Below, piece by piece: positions 29,230-39,200 of a stretch of DNA of 64,000 nt (positions are counted from its first letter, which is position 1; the number at the start of each line of letters is the position of its first letter). Source of the DNA: Candidatus Hadarchaeum sp. (GTDB taxonomy: Archaea > Hadarchaeota > Hadarchaeia > Hadarchaeales > Hadarchaeaceae); the NCBI RefSeq assembly GCF_038871235.1, contig NZ_JAVZIN010000001.1:64001-128000 (forward strand), given 5' to 3'. Position numbers and translations under genes: made by a program. The notes below the pieces were generated by a model, which saw nothing but the letters and a program-made list of their open reading frames with translations, was not told the origin of the DNA and searched no databases.

Positions 29230-30249
29230 ATGAGGGCAGCGGTGATCACAAAGATTGCTCCTGTCGAAGAAAATCCACTGGAACTAGTCGACCTGATCGA
29301 CCCCGTTCCCGCTGGCAATCAGATTCTGATCAAGATATCCGCTTGTGGAATCTGCCACACCGAACTGGACGAAATCGAGGGCAGAGTGCCACCGACAAGA
29401 TTTCCCATGGTGCCTGGACACGAGATAGTTGGTCGGGTGGAAAAACTTGGCCCCCAAGCTTCCAAATTTAAGGTGGGTGACCGGGTAGGGGTGGCTTGGA
29501 TCAACTGGGCCTGCGGCAGATGTCACTTCTGCCTCGTCGGTGCGGAAAATCTATGCGCCGAGGCTAGATGGACGGGTAAGGATGAAGATGGAGGTTATGC
29601 CCAGTACACGGTCGTCTCCGAGGATTTCGCTTACCCAATACCAGAGCTATTTACCGACTTCCAAGCCGCACCACTGCTCTGCGCAGGTGTAATCGGTTAC
29701 CGGGCCCTGAGGCTGTCAGGGATGGCGGATGGAAAGGTTCTCGGCCTTTATGGGTTCGGTGCCTCGGCCCACATCGTCATTCAGGTGGTCAAACACCTTC
29801 AACCTAACTCAAGGGTCTTCGTCTTCACCAGAGTGGGACAAACGGAACATCAGGAACTGGCCCGGAAGCTAGGAGCCGATTGGGTTGGAGCCACTGGGGA
29901 TACCCCTCCGGCCAAACTTGACTGCGCCATTGATTTTACTCCTGTGGGCGAACCAGTTCGGGAAGCGTTAAGAAACCTTCAGAAGGGAGGCAGAGTCGTG
30001 GTCAATGCGATCAGAAAAATAACCACCATCCCTGAGCTAAACTATGCCGAGCATCTCTGGTGGGAGAAAGAGCTGAAAAGCGTCGCCAATGTGACTCGGA
30101 GAGACGTGCGGGAGTTTTTACCCTTAGCGGCCGAAATACCGATAAAACCGCAGATCAAATTGTTTAAGCTGGAAGAAGCAAACGACGCTTTGATTCTACT
30201 CAAGCAGGGAAAAATTAGCGGCGCCGGGGTACTAAATATAAACGGATAA
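29230..30249 (+). CDS. zinc-dependent alcohol dehydrogenase family protein
   Basis: CGICHTE, PGHEIVG, CGRCHFC...C, GFGASAH. Confidence 0.92.
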   Translation: MRAAVITKIAPVEENPLELVDLIDPVPAGNQILIKISACGICHTELDEIEGRVPPTRFPMVPGHEIVGRVEKLGPQASKFKVGDRVGVAWINWACGRCHFCLVGAENLCAEARWTGKDEDGGYAQYTVVSEDFAYPIPELFTDFQAAPLLCAGVIGYRALRLSGMADGKVLGLYGFGASAHIVIQVVKHLQPNSRVFVFTRVGQTEHQELARKLGADWVGATGDTPPAKLDCAIDFTPVGEPVREALRNLQKGGRVVVNAIRKITTIPELNYAEHLWWEKELKSVANVTRRDVREFLPLAAEIPIKPQIKLFKLEEANDALILLKQGKISGAGVLNING

Positions 30250-30342
30250 TTTTATTTACCCTCTTTAAGCGTGGTGGTGACGAAATCCAAAAATATATTA
30301 TGATTCATAAATTGTTCCTGAGATACTAGTAATGAGAGCCAG

Positions 30343-31326
30343 ATGATAGAAACTATACTCAAATGCATGCTTGGTGCCAGATGGAAAACTGCCATCTTCA
30401 GTGTTACCTCCGCTTGCAACTGCCGGTGCTCGATGTGCAACATACCAAACCTGCCTCCTAAAAATCTTCCCATCGACGCTGCCTTTGAACTCCTGCGCCA
30501 GTGTGTGGAAAATAAAGTGGCCTTTCTTTCCCTCACCGGAGGTGAGCCTTTTCTCCACCCCCATCTTCCTGCGTTGGTAAAGAGGGCCCATGATTTGGGT
30601 ATCTTCGTACACATAGCGACAAACGGAACCTTGCCCGACAGAGTCGACGAAGTAAAGGGCCACGTGGATGCGATCGGTTTTAGCATCGACAGCCATGTGA
30701 GTTCAGAACATGACCAAAACAGGGGGCACGCTGGTGCTTTTGAAAAATGCTTGAAAAGCGTGGGAAATTGTAAAAAGTTAGGAATAAGATCTTTTGCCAA
30801 CACCCCACCCAACCGATACATAATCGAAAAAATAGAAGAATATGTCAGGTTTGTAAACGACGAAGTTGGCATTCCCGTTGGTTTCTGCTATCCCGAAACG
30901 AATGGCGGGGAATATTTTTCGAAGTGCAACAGCATCATCAGTGGCCTGAGAAATGAGCAGATAGCAGATTTCTTCAGCGCCGCGCTCAGGCTGAAAAAAA
31001 TGGGTTACGATATCATCAACACTGATATTTTTTTGCACGAGGCGATAGCATACGCAAAGGGTAATTTCAGTGACACGAGCCGTTGTGGCAGCGGGCGCGT
31101 CGTTTATTGGATTGATTGGTCCGGAAAAGTTCACCCTTGTTTTAAAAAGAGGACGGTGTTGAACAGGAACAAGAGCTGGGAAAAATACAACCCATTTGGT
31201 TGTAATGATTGTTTCGTTCAATGTTTCAGGGAACCGTCTTCATTTGTTTACCATCTACCCTTCTCGCTCAATGACCTGAAAACTTGGAAACGTTTTCTTG
31301 TGAAAAAACCAAGTGGCTCAAAGTAA
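30343..31326 (+). CDS. radical SAM/SPASM-domain protein
   Basis: CNCRCSMC, TGGEP, TNG, C-terminal C...G.VHPC...CNDC; AT-richer than flanks. Confidence 0.82.
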   Translation: MIETILKCMLGARWKTAIFSVTSACNCRCSMCNIPNLPPKNLPIDAAFELLRQCVENKVAFLSLTGGEPFLHPHLPALVKRAHDLGIFVHIATNGTLPDRVDEVKGHVDAIGFSIDSHVSSEHDQNRGHAGAFEKCLKSVGNCKKLGIRSFANTPPNRYIIEKIEEYVRFVNDEVGIPVGFCYPETNGGEYFSKCNSIISGLRNEQIADFFSAALRLKKMGYDIINTDIFLHEAIAYAKGNFSDTSRCGSGRVVYWIDWSGKVHPCFKKRTVLNRNKSWEKYNPFGCNDCFVQCFREPSSFVYHLPFSLNDLKTWKRFLVKKPSGSK

Positions 31327-31474
31327 AAACCTCATTTTTACAAACGGGAAGTCCAGAGTTTAATTTGAGGAAGCTAATGAGGGATAAAAAGTTTATTTTC
31401 CACACGCACCAAGAAGTATATTTGTACCTCAAAACTTTTTTGATTTTAAAACTACTTAACAGTTTCAGCCAAGT

Positions 31475-31954
31475 TTACCCTCCCGGAGTTCCATGATAAG
31501 GAACGTCTCTCCAGAGGGCACTCCACCAGTCCTCCTCAGTTACCGTTTCACCTCGAATGAGAATCTCCAACACCTTTTTTAGCAATTCGTGATGTCTCTT
31601 CTCGTCCGAAAGTATCGCATCTAAAAGGAGTTTAACCTTCTCATTTTCGATGCTTGGCATCACTTCGCTGATCTTTTGAATCAGTTCTGCCTCAAGGCGG
31701 ATGTGTTTTTTCACGAGTTCCTTTTGTTTGTCGAGATGCTCCTGTGTAAGGGCGCGGGTAATGCCAGTTAATAACTTAATGGCCGCATCGTACATTTCCG
31801 CGTGCTTTTTCGAATCCAAGGAGATGCCTTTAAGAGCTCCCTTCACGGCGGGATTTCCAATTTCAACCAATGCGCGGTTCAACGAGCGAGTGATCTCTTT
31901 TTCGATCTTAATTTGTTCCTCAATGAAATTTACTAAGGCTTCCTTTGATTTCAA
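31475..31954 (-). CDS. ferritin-like di-iron protein
   Basis: DSKKHAE and DEKRHH motifs; likely TTG start at 31954. Confidence 0.8.
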   Translation of the reverse strand: MKSKEALVNFIEEQIKIEKEITRSLNRALVEIGNPAVKGALKGISLDSKKHAEMYDAAIKLLTGITRALTQEHLDKQKELVKKHIRLEAELIQKISEVMPSIENEKVKLLLDAILSDEKRHHELLKKVLEILIRGETVTEEDWWSALWRDVPYHGTPGG

Positions 31955-32101
31955 GGATTTCCCATATTTATTGTAAATTCGTTTGATAAATATTTTGCAG
32001 AAACTGAGGATCACGGAGACTGCAAAACCGATAGATGGTCAAAAGATATTAGATGGAGGACAAAAAGTCTACTAGGAAAGACTTATGAATTTGGTGATTT
32101 A

Positions 32102-32651
32102 TTGAAAAAACTTACGTCCATAACCGCCGCGATGGTCTTGGTGATTGCCCTAGCAGGGGTGGCTGGATATTTTCTAACGATGGGGAAAACCAGTCCTCAG
32201 GGTTCAGAAAATCGACCAGAGGAAAATGACATTGGCATTGGAATCGGACAAATAGCCCCGGATTTCACCCTGACTGATATCGACGGTCACCCATTCAGCC
32301 TTAGCGATCATCGCGGCAAAATCGTGATCATCGATTTTCATGGCCACATGGTGCGGCCCCTGCGTTGCGCAGATGGGCCATCTCAAGGAAGTTTATGGCA
32401 ACTACGGTAATAAAGTTGTGATAATGTCGATCGATATCGACACAAATGAGACAAACGAGACCATCCGGGTATTCAAGGAGAGATACGGTGGTGAGTGGAT
32501 CTTTGCAAGTGGACCAGACGTTGGAGTAACCTACGCGGTGAGTTATATTCCGACGATATACATACTTGACCAGCAAGGGCGCATCTCACATAAAAACGTG
32601 GGCGCGACATCCTACGCGGTCCTATCGGCTGAAATCGACAGGTTAATCTAG
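32102..32651 (+). pseudogene. TlpA/ResA-like thiol-disulfide oxidoreductase split by a 1-nt insertion (or sequencing error)
   Basis: APDFTL...IVIIDF in one frame continues as MATWCGPC in another; removing one T of T4 at 32335-32338 fuses them. Confidence 0.8.
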
Positions 32652-32663
32652 GTTGTCGTTGAT

Positions 32664-33384
32664 ATGGTAGATACTGCGCTCCTTTCGCTCGCTTTCGGAG
32701 CTGGCCTTGTCACCTTCTTTAACCCCTGTGCCTATGCCCTGCTTCCAGCATATGTCGCTTACCATTTCAGACGACGCGGAATTATCTCTATGCGGAAAAG
32801 TGTCGCCGAGGGAGCCAGTGTTGGTGCCGCGGTATCTTTCGGCTTCATCACCGTTTTTCTCATGACGGGCACACTGGTCTCACTGTTGGGCGTCCAAATC
32901 GGACCATACTCTCCCTGGGCGATGATCGCAGTTGGGGAATTCCTCATCGCGCTCGGTCTCCTCTGGCTGGCCGGAGTTAAGCTCTCCCTCTCTGTCTCAC
33001 TCCCCGCGCCACTTCGCGGAGGTCTGCTGTCCTTCTTCATCTTTGGAGTCGGCTACGCCATTGCATCCACCGCTTGTGCCCTCCCGGTTTTTCTGATGGT
33101 GGTCTTCACGGCGATAAGCTCGGGGGAACTCCTCTCGGGACTCTTAATCTTCTTGGCATATTCGCTAGGAATGGCCGTGCTGATGGTTCCACTGACGATA
33201 GCGGTTTCAACATCGAAAAATTTGATCCTGCATCGCTTTGAGCGGGTTATACCACAGGTGCGAAAAATAGGGTGGAGTAATCCTGATCCTCGCGGGAGCT
33301 TATCTCATCTATCTTCAGAGCTGGATCCTTTTTTTAACTAAAGTCAGTTCATGGCTGTCTGCGCTTCCAGCCCGGCCAATGTGA
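32664..33384 (+). CDS. ccdA: CcdA/DsbD-like cytochrome c biogenesis membrane protein with a frameshifted final TM helix
   Basis: NPCAYALLPAY, STACALPVF; removing one G at 33270-33272 restores IGGVILILAGAYLIY. Confidence 0.8.
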
Positions 33385-33423
33385 TTTTACCGAGATGTCT
33401 TGGAATTTAATATCCAAAAGGTT

Positions 33424-33501
33424 TGGTGGGGCCGCCGAGATTTGAACTCGGGTCACCAGCACCCCAAGCTGAGAGGCTAGACCAAGCTACCCCACGGCCC
33501 C
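33424..33501 (-). tRNA. tRNA-Pro(GGG), intronless
   Basis: GGGGCCG/CGGCCCC-A-CCA; TCAGC-TT-GGG-GT-GCTGG. Confidence 0.93.
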
Positions 33502-33599
33502 CTAAGGATTAACAACTTGGTATAAGAAAATGTTTTCTGCTGAACATCGCCCACAAAATCGCTGTTTTTGGTGCGTACATTACTTAGTGACGTGGATGC

Positions 33600-34604
33600 C
33601 TAGATGCTCTCAGCGACTGGTTCCTCTTCAGATATCACGAAGAGAAAATCACCTTTTTTAAGTCTAAATTCACCCTTTGGGTTTATGTTTATTTCACCGC
33701 CTCTTTCCACTGCCAGCAGGATGATGTCTTTCTCTCTACCAAATCTAACAAAGGTTTCCTTGAAACTTTTTCCGACGCAACTGTTGGGCAGTGGTATCCT
33801 ATAGACCTCATCACCCTCCCCAAACGTTAAAAGCGAGGAGAACATCTTCGACAAGCCTGGGCTGACACACGACTGCAGAATCAAATACTCCCCAAATTTA
33901 CTGGGACAAATAACTTCATCGACCTTTGCCTTCGCTAGATGTCGCTCGTTCTCCGGGTCCAATATTTCCACACAGGTGTAAACATCCCTGTTCAGACTCT
34001 CCACCGTAAGCGTGGTGAGAATAGCTTGGGCATCGGGATTATCTGACTTTTCATCTGCCAAAATTATAGCGGCATAAGCAGACATGACGCCGGCTTTTCT
34101 CATGTCTTCGTCTTTGGTCGGGTCACCGGAAATAAAATGGATGTCTTCCTCAGGGAGCGGGTTCTTTGGCTCCTTGGAGAGGTAAACTATTTGACGCTTG
34201 GTCTTTATGTCCGGTGACCTTAACTGAAGAATTATCCTTCGGGCTTTTTCCGGCGGGCCACATAAGATTATGTGGTTTTTAAACCCCTTGCCCTTCGTAA
34301 TTGTCCCACCCTTCATGATATAGCTAGCAACTGCAGCGATAAATATTGAGAGGACGGCTAGACCCTCAATGACGACCATCGTGCAAACGATGCGTCCGGC
34401 TGTTGTCGCTGGTACTATCTCAGCCCCGCTCACCAGATAGATGATTATGAACCAAAATGCCTCAAAGGGATCACTGGCCTCTGGATTGGCCTGACCCTCA
34501 AATATCCAAAACAGCATCGCTTGAACAAAAATTATAGCAGCCAGAATGGCGCCGACCTTCAGGGTTTTTATAACAGCTAGCTTAAACGACCTGCTAAAAA
34601 CCAT
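33600..34604 (-). CDS. 2TM ion channel with RCK (TrkA-N/C) domains, non-canonical filter
   Basis: FEAFWF...PATTAGR pore region, HIILCG, GDPT, INP...LKKGD. Confidence 0.85.
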   Translation of the reverse strand: MVFSRSFKLAVIKTLKVGAILAAIIFVQAMLFWIFEGQANPEASDPFEAFWFIIIYLVSGAEIVPATTAGRIVCTMVVIEGLAVLSIFIAAVASYIMKGGTITKGKGFKNHIILCGPPEKARRIILQLRSPDIKTKRQIVYLSKEPKNPLPEEDIHFISGDPTKDEDMRKAGVMSAYAAIILADEKSDNPDAQAILTTLTVESLNRDVYTCVEILDPENERHLAKAKVDEVICPSKFGEYLILQSCVSPGLSKMFSSLLTFGEGDEVYRIPLPNSCVGKSFKETFVRFGREKDIILLAVERGGEININPKGEFRLKKGDFLFVISEEEPVAESI

Positions 34605-34706
34605 GCCCTGTCCCTAATATACCGTTTGCTACAATTTAAAACTATCTGCCGTGCCTTGCATCGTTTTACTTCAATAATTCACCGCTTTAAATTCTAGTAT
34701 AACTAT

Positions 34707-35648
34707 TCACGTTTTTATCACGCGCAATATATTCTCATGCGTCTCGGCCGGTGGCGGCACGGTGTTGACCATGAAGACCTCCGATTTTTCTAGGAGCCTT
34801 TTGAAGAAGTTCTTTCGCAGCGCCATCTTCCTGGCGTCCCTGACCAGCTGGTGGGGGTTGCAGAAATCGTTGGCGAGCAGGTATTCCAGTCCCTCCTCGG
34901 GCGAAATTCTGTAGACCCGTCTCTCATCTGTGCTATCCCGCTTCAACAGGATGATCTTCCTAATCGTGGTCATGGGGATCACGCCACCTGAACCAACTAT
35001 CCACCTCACGTTTACCACCGCTCGGCCCTTCTCGTCAAAGTGCGACCGTTCCACAAGCGGTAGATATTCACCCCAGATCTTGCCGATGTCGGCCTCGATG
35101 TAGCAGTTCTTCTCCGAGCCGAAGGCCAGATGCCCCCGGTCGAATAACCTCACGAAAAACCAGTCATCCGAGATCAGCCTTGCCTCAGGATGTCTGAGCA
35201 GCCCCCAGGAGTGCGTCGTCTTTCCCGTCCCAGAAGGCGCGATAATGCAAACACCGGTGCCACCAAAATCTATCGCCGCCCCGTGAACCGAGTAAATCCC
35301 GTGCTCATCCTCGAGAACATCTCCGGCCACGGCCAGCGCGATGCTTTTCACCCACCCATAGTAGTTCACGTTGGTGAGAAAGGCGGTGTTGGTGTAAGGA
35401 TCGTACTTGACGTTCAGTTCGCCACCTTTTTCCCTCAGCACGATAAGGCGGCCGTGGGAGCGGATGTTCTCATCCATCGTGTAAAAATTTTCCTCCCACC
35501 TGTCCTTGATCTCCTCAAGCTCGGTGAGCAATTTTATGCAGCAGCCGTAGATGTTGGCCTTCTTGGTGTAGAGGTAGCGGTGCAGGTTCTGGTTGAAAAT
35601 TTCATCCTTTTCCTCAGGAGTGATCAGCTCAACATTATAAGGCGACAT
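34707..35648 (-). CDS. HPr kinase-like P-loop protein
   Basis: VHGAAI, APSGTGKTT, LISDDW; start taken at MSPYN. Confidence 0.7.
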   Translation of the reverse strand: MSPYNVELITPEEKDEIFNQNLHRYLYTKKANIYGCCIKLLTELEEIKDRWEENFYTMDENIRSHGRLIVLREKGGELNVKYDPYTNTAFLTNVNYYGWVKSIALAVAGDVLEDEHGIYSVHGAAIDFGGTGVCIIAPSGTGKTTHSWGLLRHPEARLISDDWFFVRLFDRGHLAFGSEKNCYIEADIGKIWGEYLPLVERSHFDEKGRAVVNVRWIVGSGGVIPMTTIRKIILLKRDSTDERRVYRISPEEGLEYLLANDFCNPHQLVRDARKMALRKNFFKRLLEKSEVFMVNTVPPPAETHENILRVIKT

Positions 35649-35665
35649 CGCTCCCTCTCCATTGT

Positions 35666-36955
35666 TCACTTCGGTCTGGTGTATCCCCAGGTTTCCAGAG
35701 CCCGCCTTAGCTCCTGGTGCGTCTTGGCATACTCGCTCAATGGGATCCCATCCATGGTGGCCTCAATCGCCTGCCGGAGCGCCCTAGCTCCAGCACGGCC
35801 ACCATCAGGATGGCCCCAAATGCCGCCTCCGATCTGGATGAGGATGTCGTGACTCAAAAGCCTCATAACCTGTGGGACAAGGCCCGGATGAAGTCCACCG
35901 GAGCTGACTGGAAAGATCGGCCTGAGCCCGCACCAGTCCTGTGGCAAGAATCCATCAGATTCTTTTACCCGATCGCTGGTGATTGTTTCTTTGAGCGCGA
36001 GCACCTCTTCCTTGGGTGACTCCAGCTTACCCACCACTGTACCTACATGAAGCTGGTCAACGCCCTGCAACCTAGCTATCTTGGCGACCACGCGCATAGA
36101 CATGCCGTGTTTCGGGTTCCTCGTGAAGGCCGCGTGGAAGGCCCTGTGGGCGTGGATGGCTAGGCCTAGCCGCTCACACTCCTCTCGCAACGTCTGCACC
36201 GCCGCCCAGCCGACTGTGAGGATATCAACCATCACGTATTCGCCGCCGAGGCTCTTCACCATCCTAGCGCGCCTCAGCATTTCCCGGGTCTCGGCAGTAA
36301 CGTTAATGAGATAGCTCTTTCTTTCACCGGTTTCCTTCTCTGCCTTATTCCTCATCTTGAAAGAAAGCCTAGCCCTCCTTTCAAACTGGTTGAAGGTCTG
36401 GCTGGAGAGATTCTCATCGTCCTTCAACAAGTCCAACCCGCCCGACCAAGCCTCGTAACCAGCCTCGGCGTGCTCCTCGCTACTCATTCCAACCTTGGGC
36501 TTGGGCACCGAAACCGTCAGCGGTCTATCCTTAACTCCAAAGATACTTCTGATTCCTGAAATGCCGAACTGCGGCCCGGGAAATGATTTCACCAACGATG
36601 GCGGAAAACTGACGTCCTCCAGCCTGAGGTTTTTGATGGCCTTCATACCAAAGATGTTGCCCGCGATGGAGCTGAGCACCTGCGGCATGTTACCTAGTTC
36701 GAAAAGCTCAGAGGGGTAGGCGACCTTGACCCAAGGCTTGTTGATGTCGAAGGCCTTGGCCATAAGCCTCCTCCTCTCAGGAGTCATCGTCGTCAGCTTG
36801 GTCCAGGTCCCTATCGAGCTCTCAGAAGCCACCCTGCCCACTGCCTCAGGCATGCTGATGCCTTTAGCCGGCTCGACTCTAAAGAGGGCGACGAGCTCAT
36901 CGCCAGAGGGCCGGTAGTCGAGGTCAACAAAGTCCAGATACCACTCGGTGCTCAT
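35666..36955 (-). CDS. rbcL: form III RuBisCO
   Basis: ESSIGTW, GNIFGMK, KPKVG, DLLKDDE, HAHRAFH, GKLE, SGGLHPG, GGGIWGHP. Confidence 0.95.
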   Translation of the reverse strand: MSTEWYLDFVDLDYRPSGDELVALFRVEPAKGISMPEAVGRVASESSIGTWTKLTTMTPERRRLMAKAFDINKPWVKVAYPSELFELGNMPQVLSSIAGNIFGMKAIKNLRLEDVSFPPSLVKSFPGPQFGISGIRSIFGVKDRPLTVSVPKPKVGMSSEEHAEAGYEAWSGGLDLLKDDENLSSQTFNQFERRARLSFKMRNKAEKETGERKSYLINVTAETREMLRRARMVKSLGGEYVMVDILTVGWAAVQTLREECERLGLAIHAHRAFHAAFTRNPKHGMSMRVVAKIARLQGVDQLHVGTVVGKLESPKEEVLALKETITSDRVKESDGFLPQDWCGLRPIFPVSSGGLHPGLVPQVMRLLSHDILIQIGGGIWGHPDGGRAGARALRQAIEATMDGIPLSEYAKTHQELRRALETWGYTRPK

Positions 36956-36994
36956 GTGTTTAAATTGATCCTTTGCGGCTAAAAAGCTGTTTGA

Positions 36995-37189
36995 CTACTT
37001 CTTGAACTTGGCGATTTCTTCGGTGAAATCGACGCTAGTGATAACCGCCGTCCTGCAGCAATAGCGCTTCAACCCTAAGTCATCCAACACTCGGGCGGGT
37101 TCCTCGCCCTTCTTGACCCGCTCCTCGAAAATGTCGTATTTATCGGCGAGGAGCTTGCCGCAGGTGAAACAGCGCACAGGTCTCATCAC
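36995..37189 (-). CDS. rpoN: RNA polymerase subunit N (Rpo10)
   Basis: PVRCFTCG...RYCCR. Confidence 0.95.
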   Translation of the reverse strand: MMRPVRCFTCGKLLADKYDIFEERVKKGEEPARVLDDLGLKRYCCRTAVITSVDFTEEIAKFKK

Positions 37190-37195
37190 AACACC

Positions 37196-37597
37196 TCAAC
37201 GATAGCTCTTCTGGAACTTGGCCCTAGCCCCCGGGCCTCCCGGCTTCTTCGTCTCCTTGAACCTAACATCGCTCTTGATCAGTGTCCAGTCATGGCGCCT
37301 GAATAACTCGCGAATTTTGGGATCCTTGGACCACTCAAAAAGCCCCCGGGCAATCGCCGTGCGGGCGGCCTCGGCCTGTCCCATGAACCCACCACCCTTC
37401 ACCTCAATTTTTATGTCCACAGTCTTGGCGAGTTCCGGAACCAGCTGCAGCGGCTCCATGATCTTCAGGCGGGCCAGCTCCGGCTCATAGGCCTCTAGTG
37501 CCCGATTGTTCACAATAACTTTTCCCTTACCAGGTGTGATCTTCACCTTAGCCAGCGACGCCTTCCTTCTCCCGATGGCAATAACCGGCTTCATCAA
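37196..37597 (-). CDS. rps9: 30S ribosomal protein S9
   Basis: GGGFMGQAEA, GARAKFQKSYR. Confidence 0.96.
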   Translation of the reverse strand: MMKPVIAIGRRKASLAKVKITPGKGKVIVNNRALEAYEPELARLKIMEPLQLVPELAKTVDIKIEVKGGGFMGQAEAARTAIARGLFEWSKDPKIRELFRRHDWTLIKSDVRFKETKKPGGPGARAKFQKSYR

Positions 37598-38022
37598 AAC
37601 CTACCGCCCAACAACTTGCTCAGCTCGCCAACCCTTATAAAGCGTCTGGTACCGAGGTCCGCCAAACTGGCTCGCGGCACCTTAGCGGTCTCCTTCCCGG
37701 TGAACTCCTCCGGCACCCCAACAAAAACACGAAGGCGACGAAAGGCTTCCCTGCCTTTGGGCTTATCGTACGGTAACATGCCCCTGACTGCGCGTCTTAC
37801 GATGTCCTCAGGTCGTTTGGGGTGTTGAGGTCCTTTTCTTGGGTTGGCGACGTTCCTCGTTTCCAGCCACGCCCGGTAGGACTCCAGAGTAGCGTCTTTC
37901 CTTCCTGAGATAACCACCTGTTCCGCGTTCAGCACGACGACCTTCTCACCCTCCAGCAACCTCTTGGCTGCGAAACTCGCCAGCCTGCCCAGAACCAAGT
38001 CCTTTCCGTCAACGATAATCAT
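37594..38022 (-). CDS. rpl13: 50S ribosomal protein L13
   Basis: VLGRLAS, VRGMLP. Confidence 0.96.
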   Translation of the reverse strand: MIIVDGKDLVLGRLASFAAKRLLEGEKVVVLNAEQVVISGRKDATLESYRAWLETRNVANPRKGPQHPKRPEDIVRRAVRGMLPYDKPKGREAFRRLRVFVGVPEEFTGKETAKVPRASLADLGTRRFIRVGELSKLLGGRF

Positions 38023-38026
38023 GATA

Positions 38027-38392
38027 TCACTCCATCAACTTCACACCTTTGCCCACCGGGTTCTGCTCCAGCAGCTGTTGCAGGGTCATGGGGGTGCCAC
38101 CTGCCGCCAAGATCTTGCGCTTCGCCGGGGCTGAGAACGCCAGCGCCGCGACCTTGACGGGATGATCCAACCTTCCCGCCGACAAAACCTTGCCAGGAAC
38201 TGCAACGAAGCTTCCGTTTTCAGTATAGCGATTGATCTGGCTGAGGTTGACCTCGGCGCGAGACCTCCGAGGTCGCTCCAATCGCTCGGCCAGATCCAGC
38301 CAGATCTTCGCCTTCTGCTTTTTACCCTGCTCGCGAAGTAGTCGCAACAGCTTCCTTACTTGGGGGTTGGTCGGTCCCGTGGGCTTAGGCAT
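38027..38392 (-). CDS. rpl18e: 50S ribosomal protein L18e
   Basis: TNP, EVNLSQI, VPGKVL. Confidence 0.95.
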   Translation of the reverse strand: MPKPTGPTNPQVRKLLRLLREQGKKQKAKIWLDLAERLERPRRSRAEVNLSQINRYTENGSFVAVPGKVLSAGRLDHPVKVAALAFSAPAKRKILAAGGTPMTLQQLLEQNPVGKGVKLME

Positions 38393-38510
38393 AGTATCAG
38401 CTTCACAAACTTATCCACTCACCCCAAATAAATGCTACGGTTGAGGACAATAACCTCGAACTCACCTGCCCGCAATCCAGCAGCTGGCCATAGAAAGGAA
38501 CGACTTTGTA

Positions 38511-38750
38511 TCACTGCTCAGTTTTCTCGGCTGGGGCACCACCCGTTTCCGCAGGGCTGGGCTCAACCGGTCTTCTCTTCTCCAGCTCACCGGCTAGATT
38601 CAGGGCACCGACGACGATCAGGTAAATACCCACCAGCCAGGAGATCAGCGCGGGAAAGGCGATGATCAGGGCACCGAAGATTATCATCAAAATCGCTGCC
38701 GCCATCCCGTGGATGCCAACTTTTTTAAGAAGCTTTTCCGGCGTTTCCAT
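38511..38750 (-). CDS. small membrane protein (DUF3096-like)
   Basis: IIFGALII.FP.LISWLVGIYLIVVG; GGAGGTGA RBS. Confidence 0.75.
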   Translation of the reverse strand: METPEKLLKKVGIHGMAAAILMIIFGALIIAFPALISWLVGIYLIVVGALNLAGELEKRRPVEPSPAETGGAPAEKTEQ

Positions 38751-38821
38751 CTCCCTTCACCTCCGATATTTTTCTCTTTCTCTCCTGCAAAAAAGCTTCT
38801 GGTCTTCTCCGATGACCAAAC

Positions 38822-38909
38822 TGGTGCAGGGGGTGGGATTTGAACCCACGAAGGCCTTAGCCACAGGGTTCTAAGCCCTGCTCCTTAGACCTAGCTCGGA
38901 TACCCCTGC
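38822..38909 (-). tRNA. tRNA-Leu(TAG), intronless
   Basis: GCAGGGG/CCCCTGC-A-CCA; CAGGG-CT-TAG-AA-CCCTG; long variable arm. Confidence 0.93.
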
Positions 38910-38957
38910 CCGTGAGAATCTATTCCTCACTGAATTAAACTTATTTTGTTGAGCTGA

Positions 38958-39161
38958 TTATCTCCAATAATCGCGCTGGGCCATCCTCTCATAGCGTGAC
39001 TGCTTTTTGCCCTCCTTGTAGCAGCTCCGGCAGTAGCTCTTTCCCAAGGTTTTCTTGGCGCACTGGCGATGCATCTCAGCACCGCATCGGGCGCACTTCA
39101 CCGTGGCTTTTTCCAGCGGTTTTCCGCAAACAGCGCAGCTGGGCATGACTTCACCAACCAA
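38958..39161 (-). CDS. small zinc-finger protein
   Basis: CAVC, CARC, HRQC, CRSC. Confidence 0.7.
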   Translation of the reverse strand: MVGEVMPSCAVCGKPLEKATVKCARCGAEMHRQCAKKTLGKSYCRSCYKEGKKQSRYERMAQRDYWR

Positions 39162-39200
39162 AACGGCAGGTCCCGCCCATATAAATCATGGGTCTAAGAT

